NCBI GenBank assembly: GCA_963821225.1
Contig: CAWGCY010000004.1
Location: 401,595 to 465,594, forward strand
Length of the DNA stretch: 64,000 nt
From: Thermoanaerobaculia bacterium
GTDB lineage: Bacteria > Acidobacteriota > Thermoanaerobaculia > UBA5066
Direction of reading: 5' to 3'
In this document: positions 57,441 to 64,000 of the stretch, one piece after another
Layout of the letters: the number at the start of each line of letters is the position of its first letter
How positions within the stretch are numbered: position 1 is the stretch's first letter
Position numbers and translations under genes: made by a program
The notes under the pieces: generated by a model
Told to the model about the DNA's origin: nothing
What the model saw: only the letters and a program-made list of their open reading frames with translations
Databases searched by the model: none

Positions 57441-58250
57441 ATGTGCCTGATCGTCCTCGCGTGGGAGGCGTCGCCGACGACGCGCCTCGTGGTCGCCGCC
57501 AACCGCGACGAGTTCTTCGCGCGCCGTGCCGCGCCGGCCGCGTGGTGGGCCGACGCGCCTGATGTTCTCGCGGGGCGCGACCTCGAGGCGGGCGGGACAT
57601 GGCTGGGAGTCACGCGAAAAGGCCGGTTCGCCGCGCTCACGAACTTCCGGGACGCGCTGGCCCCGAAGAAGGACGGCGCGCCCTCCCGGGGCGCGCTCGC
57701 CGCCGACTTCTTGCGGGGAGACGTCGCCGCGGCGGACTACGTCGCCGCGATCCAGCTCGGCGCGGACCGTTACCACGGCTTCAACCTCCTCGTCTCGGAC
57801 AGCGAAGAGCTGTGGTCCTTCTCGAACGTGGAGGGCGACCCGGTTCGCCTCGGCTCCGGCCTCCGGGGCCTCTCGAATCACCTTCTCGAAACGCCGTGGC
57901 CCAAAGTGACGGCGGCCCGCTCGCGCCTCGAGGCGGCACTCCGGGCCAGTCGCGGCGGGGAGGACCTCGAGCGCCGCCTGCTTCACCTGCTCGCGGATCG
58001 AACGACGGCGCCTGACGGCGCCCTCCCCGCGACGGGCCTGCTGCTGGACCGGGAGCGGGCCCTCTCGGCTGCGTTCGTCCAGCTCCCGGGCTACGGGACG
58101 CGGGCCTCGACCGCCCTCGTCGTCGGGACGGACGGCAGGGCGCGGTTCGACCGAGCGCACCTTCGGCGAGGACGGGACGCCGCTCGGCGACGTGCGCGAG
58201 GCGTTCGAGGTCCGCGCGACGCCACTTTAGTAGTGACTCTTCTACTGTGA
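57441..58250 (+). CDS. NRDE-family protein (TANGO2-like)
   Basis: MCLIVLAWEASPTTRLVVAANRDEFFARR...GGTWLG starts with the characteristic N-terminal Cys and the NRDE motif. Confidence 0.65.
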   Translation: MCLIVLAWEASPTTRLVVAANRDEFFARRAAPAAWWADAPDVLAGRDLEAGGTWLGVTRKGRFAALTNFRDALAPKKDGAPSRGALAADFLRGDVAAADYVAAIQLGADRYHGFNLLVSDSEELWSFSNVEGDPVRLGSGLRGLSNHLLETPWPKVTAARSRLEAALRASRGGEDLERRLLHLLADRTTAPDGALPATGLLLDRERALSAAFVQLPGYGTRASTALVVGTDGRARFDRAHLRRGRDAARRRARGVRGPRDATLVVTLLL

Positions 58251-58294
58251 ACGGGAGTGCTGTCGGCCTTTCGGGCCGCCGTTCCGAATGCGGC

Positions 58295-59089
58295 CTACTG
58301 TTTCACCGCCACATACTGGCTGCTGGTCCCGTGCAACTTGTCGTCCACCGTGATGGTCATGCTCTTGCCGTCAGCCGCCACTGTCATGCGTGCGACGCTG
58401 GTCACTTTTCCATCCCGCTTGTCGGTTTCCTCGATCGTGTTCTTGCCCACCTTCTTGAGCGACAGGCTGGTCGTGCCGGGGTCGCCCTTGTACGGCGCCT
58501 CCGTCCCATCCAGCTTTGCGGTATAGCCTTGTCCGGTCGGGGTGCTCATGCTCAAGGTATCGCCAACCACCTTGTTGGTGAACATCAGCCCGTTGTCCGA
58601 GACGGAATCCATCTTCGAGGTCAGCCAGGAACCCGAGATGGCGTGCGATCCTGCAGGACCCTTGGCCACTCGCGTCGATTCACCTTTGCCGGTGACCGGA
58701 GCGGCGTTGGAGGCGCTGCTGTCGGTGAATTCGAACGTCATCGTGTTTCCGTCGGCCGAGACCCAGGTTTTCGAAGTCGCGACGGTTTTTCCATTCTTCT
58801 TGTGGGTTTCCTCGATCGTGCGAGCGTCGACTACCTTGATGCTCACCATGTCGTAGTACGGATGCCCTGACACCTTCTGGTCCTTCCCATCCGCCTTGAC
58901 CTCGATCGGGGGAACGCACGTCTTGCAGTGGTACATCCCGTCCTGCAACAGGTAGACATCGGGCTTCGTCGGGAATTTCGCCGACTTCAAGTCCACCTTC
59001 CACGTCCCGTCGAAAGCACTTTGCGCCATTGCCATCGCGGGCATCAACAGTGAAGCGATCAAGACGAACCAGCGAGTCGTTTTCATCAC
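58295..59089 (-). CDS. Secreted protein of unknown function with two tandem beta-rich (lipocalin/calycin-like?) domains, encoded in a lower-GC tract
   Basis: Signal peptide MMKTTRWFVLIASLLMPAMAMA. Two related halves (DGTWKVDL...TIEETHKKNGKTVATSKTW... and SGSWLTSK...TIEETDKRDGKVTSVARMT...). Lys/Thr/Asp-rich. Local GC ~58% against ~70% genome-wide. Confidence 0.5.
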   Translation of the reverse strand: MMKTTRWFVLIASLLMPAMAMAQSAFDGTWKVDLKSAKFPTKPDVYLLQDGMYHCKTCVPPIEVKADGKDQKVSGHPYYDMVSIKVVDARTIEETHKKNGKTVATSKTWVSADGNTMTFEFTDSSASNAAPVTGKGESTRVAKGPAGSHAISGSWLTSKMDSVSDNGLMFTNKVVGDTLSMSTPTGQGYTAKLDGTEAPYKGDPGTTSLSLKKVGKNTIEETDKRDGKVTSVARMTVAADGKSMTITVDDKLHGTSSQYVAVKQ

Positions 59090-59173
59090 TCGTCCTCCAT
59101 CTAGGGTGTGGCCCCAATTTCCGATTTCAACTTCATCTGCCCAAATTCCCGAGGGGCGGGCGGCACCGAGGTC

Positions 59174-59635
59174 TTACGGCATCGGCTTGAGATTGACCTC
59201 GCGGAGATAACGCGTTCCGACGGCATCGCGCATGGCGAAGCGCGGGGAGATCATCTCCTGCTGCTTGGTTTCGTCCTTCGTCTTGAACTGCTTCTCGGCG
59301 ATGGCTTTTCTCTTGTCGTCGTCCCCCTGGTTGAAGTCCAGGGCCTTGCCGAAGCTGGGGTAGAGCGTCGCGATCGCGATGTCCCAGTCTTTTTCGTCAC
59401 GCGGGGTGTTGAGGAGGAACTTCGTGTCGAGGATGAGGCCCTGCTTTTTCGCCTCGCCCGCGGAAACGAGGTAGGTCGAGCGCAGGTACTTCATGTAGTC
59501 GTCGAACTTGCCGGGCTTCGTCCGGATGTAGTTGACCGCCCAGACGGGTCCTTCGGTGAAGTGCTCCTGCGCGAGCGCCGGCAGTCCGGTCAGACACGCG
59601 CCGAGAAAAAGAGCGATGAGGGTGAGACGTTTCAT
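59174..59635 (-). CDS. Secreted hypothetical protein (lower-GC tract)
   Basis: Signal peptide MKRLTLIALFLGACLTGLPALA. 153 aa, Lys/Asp-rich. No known motif recognised. Confidence 0.45.
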   Translation of the reverse strand: MKRLTLIALFLGACLTGLPALAQEHFTEGPVWAVNYIRTKPGKFDDYMKYLRSTYLVSAGEAKKQGLILDTKFLLNTPRDEKDWDIAIATLYPSFGKALDFNQGDDDKRKAIAEKQFKTKDETKQQEMISPRFAMRDAVGTRYLREVNLKPMP

Positions 59636-59800
59636 TGAGCCTCCTATGGCTGCGGTTGGTGGGAAAGTCGCTTCGATCCGCGGTCTGCGACGGACAGGCA
59701 GGAGCGGCGACGCTCCCGGCCCGGGCTTGACGATCCCTTGGAAAGTTCGCGGATTCTTCGTCCCGGCCGGCCTTCTGTCAAGCGAGAGGGACCGGGACCG

Positions 59801-60601
59801 TCAGGGCACGAGAGCGAGCGGATGGCGGCCCCCGGTCACCTCCCGGATCGCCGGTCCCGTGACGGAGACGTCGTCGGAGATGACGCTCGCGACGCCCTGG
59901 CGCGCGAGGTGCGCGGCGAGCGAGGGATCGTTCACCGTCCAGACGTGGACCGAAACGCCCTCGGCTTTCGCGCGCGCGAAGAGCGCGTCCGAGACGAGCA
60001 TCACGTTCGGACCGATCGCGGAGCAGCCTTTGGGGAGGTCGGGCCAGAGCCGTCCTTCGGGCCGGTGCGCCATGCCGTCGAAGTTGAGGCACGTCGCGAC
60101 CCTGGGCTCGATCTCCCGGATTCGGCGGAGCGCGTCGGGCGAGAAGGAAAGAACGACCGCTCGTTCGAGGAGCGAGAGCTGCGCGAGGAGAGCAGCGACC
60201 CGGAACTCGAGCAGGGAGGGGCGCGGCGAAGGTCCCGGCTTCAGCTCGACGAGGTAGCGTCCCTGGGAGCCGTACCTGAGGAAGACGTCGCGCAGTGTCG
60301 GGACGAAACCCCGGAGCTCCCCGCGCACGACCGGGGTCTCGTTGAGCTCGGGAATCGTGAGGGTTGCGAGCGGGACCCGGCGGCCCGGGAGGACGATTTC
60401 GGCGTCGTGGTGCACGACGGCCTCGCCGTCCAGCGTGAGCCGCACGTCGAGCTCGAAGGCGTCGGCGCCGTCCGCCTCGGCGCGGTCGAAGCTCTCGAAC
60501 GTGTTTTCGAGAGCCTTCGTCGGGGAGCCTCGGTGCCCGACGACGCGCGTGGGAGAAGCTTCGAAGAAGTTCATGCTGGCTGGATTATCCTCGCGGGACA
60601 T
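59801..60601 (-). CDS. Glycerophosphodiester phosphodiesterase (GDPD family)
   Basis: VVGHRGSPTKALENTFESF ... ELDVRLTLDGEAVVHHD matches the GDPD catalytic motifs. The alternative internal start MNFFEAS (60574) is probably the real one. Confidence 0.8.
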   Translation of the reverse strand: MSREDNPASMNFFEASPTRVVGHRGSPTKALENTFESFDRAEADGADAFELDVRLTLDGEAVVHHDAEIVLPGRRVPLATLTIPELNETPVVRGELRGFVPTLRDVFLRYGSQGRYLVELKPGPSPRPSLLEFRVAALLAQLSLLERAVVLSFSPDALRRIREIEPRVATCLNFDGMAHRPEGRLWPDLPKGCSAIGPNVMLVSDALFARAKAEGVSVHVWTVNDPSLAAHLARQGVASVISDDVSVTGPAIREVTGGRHPLALVP

Positions 60602-61613
60602 GTCGCGATCCGCACGCCCGCGGCCGGAGGGCGCCGTGCGCCGCCGGCGCGCGGTGCAGCCTCTCTCCGAAGGGCCGTTCTCCGTGCCGCTGTCGACGAT
60701 CGATTGGCTCGTCTCGCGCGAGAGCCCGGCGGCTCGCTACGTGGCCCTTCGAGACCTCCTCGGCCGCCCCCCGAAAGATCCCGACCTGAAGAGGGCGAAA
60801 CAGGGATTCCACCGGGAGCCGTTCGTGCGCGAGACGCTCGCGCTGCTGCGCGCGAAGCTCGCCCCCGGCGCGGGAGCGTCGGCACTCGAGCGCCGTTACG
60901 ACGGGGGGGTGTGGCTCGCGCTCTTCCTGACGGAGGTTGGGGCGGACGGCTCGCTGCTTCAGCTTCACCACGCGGGCGACGTCCTCCTCGCCCGCTGGGA
61001 AAAGGCGCTCGTAAAGATCGAGCGGCACGAGGAGGCCGACCTCGACGCCGCGCTGTTTCGGGCGGCCCTCCGCGTCCTTTCGCGGATCGGGTGGGAACGC
61101 GATGCGCGGGTCCGCGAGGGCGCTGACGCGCTCGCGGCGCGCGCGCTCGCAGGGCGCGGCCAGACGGAAAAAGACCTTCTGCTCTTCGCGTCGCTGCCCG
61201 AGGGCGCGAGAAGCGAGCGCGTCTCGAGGGCCATATCCTTCCTCTCGGCCCGGCTCCTCGAGGTCGAGCTACCGGCTGCGCTCGCCCCCGGCGCGCCGGA
61301 GGAGCTGCTCATGCCCGGCTTCCCGTGCGGCGACGAGACCGATCTCGTCGAGATGCTGTTCGCGCTCGCCTTGGTGCTCCCCGCCGAGTCCCGGCGAGAG
61401 CCGGTCCTCTGCCGAGCCCTCGCGCGCCTCGTCACGCGCGCCGACCATCGCGCGCGCTGGACGCTCGAACGGCCGCGGCCCGAGCGGCTTCCCGTCGCCC
61501 TCGAGCGCACGGGCGAGCTCTCGCGGTGGGTCACGCTCCGCGCGCTCGCCGCCCTGCAGCACTTCCACGGCCTCGAGGTGCCGGGCGCGCCTCCCCCGAG
61601 GAGGCGCCCGTGA
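60600..61613 (+). CDS. Hypothetical protein (alpha-helical, Arg/Leu/Ala-rich)
   Basis: 337-aa ORF with coding-like periodicity. No recognisable motifs. Start codon uncertain (see finding on overlapping divergent starts). Confidence 0.4.
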   Translation: MSRSARPRPEGAVRRRRAVQPLSEGPFSVPLSTIDWLVSRESPAARYVALRDLLGRPPKDPDLKRAKQGFHREPFVRETLALLRAKLAPGAGASALERRYDGGVWLALFLTEVGADGSLLQLHHAGDVLLARWEKALVKIERHEEADLDAALFRAALRVLSRIGWERDARVREGADALAARALAGRGQTEKDLLLFASLPEGARSERVSRAISFLSARLLEVELPAALAPGAPEELLMPGFPCGDETDLVEMLFALALVLPAESRREPVLCRALARLVTRADHRARWTLERPRPERLPVALERTGELSRWVTLRALAALQHFHGLEVPGAPPPRRRP

Positions 61614-62239
61614 AACGGCGCCCGACGTTTCTGCTCGGAGTCCTCCTGGCGCTCCTTCCGGGGTGCGCCGCCGATCCCTTCGGCGCGCCCACACGCGTGA
61701 AGACGCACGGCTATCGCGCGCGCGTGACGCTCAGGAGCGACGGAGTCGAGAAGGCGGCGTTCGACCTCGCCGTGTTCCGGGACCTCAGGCGCAAGGGGCC
61801 GGCGGACGGCCCGGCGCTCGTTCTCGACGTGGCGGCCCGCAAGGCGTTCCGGCTCGATCCGGTCGCGAAGACGGCCCGGGACGTTCCCTACTCGGAGGCG
61901 GTGGGCGAGCTTCCCGGCGGAATCCCGCTCGCCCCGGGCTTCGACGAAAAGGAGGAAGCGGCGCGGCGAAACGTCAGCATCTACCATCGCGAAGGCGACG
62001 AGGTCTTCGCGGGGCACGCTTGCGGCCTCTGGCGCTTCGACGACGATCCCGCCGTGCCGGGCTCCCCGACGACGACCTACTGGGTGGCCGCAGATCTGGA
62101 CGGCCTCGTGACGCGTTACGACCGCGAAACGACCGACGCGAACGGAAGGACGCGGAAATCTACAGTGACCCTCACGAACGTCCGGGTGGGAGCGGATCCC
62201 GGCCTCTTTTCGGTTCCGGCCGGCTGGACCCGGCTCTGA
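61610..62239 (+). CDS. Lipoprotein, unknown function
   Basis: The GTG start overlaps the upstream stop (GTGA). Lipobox LLPGC. About 209 aa, beta-rich. Confidence 0.5.
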   Translation: MKRRPTFLLGVLLALLPGCAADPFGAPTRVKTHGYRARVTLRSDGVEKAAFDLAVFRDLRRKGPADGPALVLDVAARKAFRLDPVAKTARDVPYSEAVGELPGGIPLAPGFDEKEEAARRNVSIYHREGDEVFAGHACGLWRFDDDPAVPGSPTTTYWVAADLDGLVTRYDRETTDANGRTRKSTVTLTNVRVGADPGLFSVPAGWTRL

Positions 62240-62348
62240 GCGGGACCCCCGGTCCCTCACGCCCGGCCCCGTTCTTGCTGGTATCCTCCCGGACCCGCAA
62301 CGCCATCGGGCCGACGGGACCATCACTTGTAAGGAGTGCGCGATCGCC

Positions 62349-63227
62349 ATGAACACAGTGAACCCGACTCTCTCGCGTCTGGTGAAGACCCTCGTCGCGG
62401 GTCTCGCTCTCGTCCTCGTCGGGCAACTCATGGCTCAGACGGCGACCCCGAAGGACCCGAAGTCGCCCTTGCCGGGCTTCGCGGACGGGCGTGGCCCGAC
62501 CGGTCCGGTCACGCTCAAGATCGTCGCTCCCGCTGCGGATGAAGTCATCCCGGTGCCGCAGCCCGAGGCCGGTCAGCCTCCCGCAAAGGGAGCGCCGGTC
62601 ACGCTCAAGGTGGAGCTCACGAACTTCGAGACTTTCCAGGACGAAGCGACGAAGAGCGGGCAGCACCTGGAGATCCTCGTCGACAACATCAGCGCCATGT
62701 TCCCCTGGCACGATGCGACGAAGCCGTACACGTTCAAAAGCCTTCCGAGGGGCACGCACACCGTCCGGATCTTCCCGGTGCGGCCGTGGGGCGAGTCCAT
62801 CAAGGAGCCTTCCGCCTTCGCGATGGTCACGTTCCACGTCGGCGAGAAGGACGGCAAGAACGCGATCGAGGCGGGTGCGCCCGTTCTCACGATCGTCTCG
62901 CCACGCGGCAAGGTGAAAGGCGAGAGCGGCAAAGCCCTCCTCGACGTTCTCGTAACCGGATGCCCGGTCGCCGAGTCGTCCGTACCCGACTCCTGCCGAC
63001 TGCGCTACAAGCTCGATACGCTGCCCGAGGTCACGCTGACCAAGGCCGAGCCCGTGTGGCTCGAGAAACTCACTCCCGGCCGGCACGCGTACGTCGTGGG
63101 CCTCACGCGCGACCAGAAGGTCGTGCCCGGCGCCTTCGCGCTCTACCAGGGCGCCTTCGAGGTCGAGAGCTCGGTGAACCCCGCGGCGCCCGCTTCTGCC
63201 CCGCCCGCGAAGGTCACCGGTCAGTAA
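62349..63227 (+). CDS. Secreted hypothetical protein
   Basis: Signal peptide MNTVNPTLSRLVKTLVAGLALVLVGQLMAQ. 292 aa. No known motif recognised. Confidence 0.45.
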   Translation: MNTVNPTLSRLVKTLVAGLALVLVGQLMAQTATPKDPKSPLPGFADGRGPTGPVTLKIVAPAADEVIPVPQPEAGQPPAKGAPVTLKVELTNFETFQDEATKSGQHLEILVDNISAMFPWHDATKPYTFKSLPRGTHTVRIFPVRPWGESIKEPSAFAMVTFHVGEKDGKNAIEAGAPVLTIVSPRGKVKGESGKALLDVLVTGCPVAESSVPDSCRLRYKLDTLPEVTLTKAEPVWLEKLTPGRHAYVVGLTRDQKVVPGAFALYQGAFEVESSVNPAAPASAPPAKVTGQ

Positions 63228-63237
63228 ACTTCCCGGT

Positions 63238-64000
63238 ATGAGCCTCGTTTACGGCGGCGCGGGGACGCGTCCTTGCGCCGTCGACCCGCCGTTGATCCTC
63301 GCCCCGATGGCCGGGATCACCGACATGACGTACCGCCTGCTCCTCCGGCGCATCGGCGGCGTCGGCCTCGTGACGATGGAATTCATCTCGTCCGAGGGGC
63401 TCACGCGCGGAAACCGCAAGACCGAGCGGCTGCTGCGCTTCGATCCCGCCGAGCGCCCGCTTTCGGTCCAGATCTACGGAGCGGACGCAGAGCGCATGGA
63501 GATCGCCGCGGAGCGAGTCGAGGAGATGGGCGTCGACGTGTGCGACATCAACATGGGGTGCCCGGCGAACAAGATCCTCAAGGGCTGCGCGGGGGCGGGC
63601 CTCATGCGCGATCTGGACAAGGCTCGCGGGATCATCGCGGCCTGCCGCAAGGCGTTGAAGACGACGCCGCTCACGGTGAAGTTCCGGCTCGGGGTGACGG
63701 ACGAGACCGTGAACTATCTCGAGCTCGGCCGGATCTGCGCCGGAGAGGGCGTCTCCGCGGTCGCGCTGCACGCGCGGACGGCGAAGCAGATGTACACGGG
63801 TCGGGCCGACTGGAGCCGCATCGCGCGCCTCAAGGAGGCCGTGCCGATCCCCGTCGTCGGGAACGGCGACGTGGCGACGCCGGAAGACGTTCTCGCGATG
63901 TTCAGGGAGTCCGGCTGCGACGCGGTGATGTGCGGCCGCGCGACGATGAAGAATCCGTGGATCTTCCGGCAGGCGTCCGAACTCCTCGCCGGCCGCCCCT
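63238..64000 (+). CDS. dusB: tRNA-dihydrouridine synthase (DusB-like), 5' partial at window end
   Basis: LILAPMAGITDMTYRLL ... DINMGCPANKI ... are the FMN/TIM-barrel Dus motifs. Runs to the window end without a stop. Confidence 0.8.
   Translation, partial: MSLVYGGAGTRPCAVDPPLILAPMAGITDMTYRLLLRRIGGVGLVTMEFISSEGLTRGNRKTERLLRFDPAERPLSVQIYGADAERMEIAAERVEEMGVDVCDINMGCPANKILKGCAGAGLMRDLDKARGIIAACRKALKTTPLTVKFRLGVTDETVNYLELGRICAGEGVSAVALHARTAKQMYTGRADWSRIARLKEAVPIPVVGNGDVATPEDVLAMFRESGCDAVMCGRATMKNPWIFRQASELLAGRP

Noticed and set aside
1-64000. CRISPR arrays, transposases, integrases, phage structural genes
   Set aside because: No regularly spaced direct repeats. No DDE/tyrosine-recombinase or phage signatures in any frame. 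The only mobile-element hints are indirect: the TA module at ssrA and the low-GC islet at tRNA-Pro.

Overview
High-GC (~70%) bacterial chromosomal window. Gene content suggests an Acidobacteria-like organism, but this cannot be proven from sequence alone. It is densely coding on both strands, with many 4-nt ATGA/GTGA start/stop overlaps. The many long antisense ORFs in the six-frame track are compositional artifacts of high GC. No transposase, integrase or CRISPR array was seen.

Content, 5' to 3':
- A respiratory-type membrane redox module: partial upstream CDS, NrfD/PsrC-family membrane subunit, two membrane-anchored GcvH-fold proteins that lack the lipoyl-lysine, and a small tri-heme cytochrome c between them, closed by a clear hairpin terminator.
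- A tandem OB-fold lipoprotein.
- A single-ORF prephenate dehydratase / DAHP synthase / chorismate mutase fusion.
- YjbQ and a Ser/Thr kinase with a TPR domain.
- DUF547 protein, a Fur-family regulator, an Slt-type lytic transglycosylase and a GAF/Pro-rich protein.
- The macromolecular-synthesis operon with an unusual insertion: promoter, rpsU, mutS2, dnaG, rpoD, then tRNA-Met(CAU) and a terminator.
- COG1579 zinc-ribbon protein, RNase HI, YggS, DivIVA.
- hutI and a formimino-THF cyclodeaminase.
- A PHP-domain protein, DNA polymerase I and SelB.
- An FAD oxidoreductase, a sugar nucleotidyltransferase, a pseudopilin and ComEA.
- ubiX / ubiA-like (possibly mqnL/mqnP).
- A deoxynucleoside kinase followed by an orphan PanC C-terminal domain.
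- A structured 330-nt leader and a tandem zinc-ribbon small protein.
- A cysteine synthase/CBS-like gene with a cystathionine gamma-lyase (mccAB-like).
- CutA, HMG-CoA lyase and a family III CoA-transferase.
- A large sedolisin (S53) peptidase with duplicated C-terminal modules.
- A higBA toxin-antitoxin pair abutting the 3' end of tmRNA (ssrA).
- AmiC-type amidase, a GerMN protein, murI and rph.
- An alpha/beta hydrolase and tRNA-Pro(UGG).
- An NRDE protein, a low-GC islet encoding two secreted proteins, and GDPD.
- Several exported hypotheticals and the 5' part of dusB.

The most interesting items are the NrfD/GcvH-like/cytochrome module, the aromatic tri-fusion, the tmRNA/higBA/sedolisin neighbourhood, the low-GC islet after tRNA-Pro, and the orphan PanC fragment.
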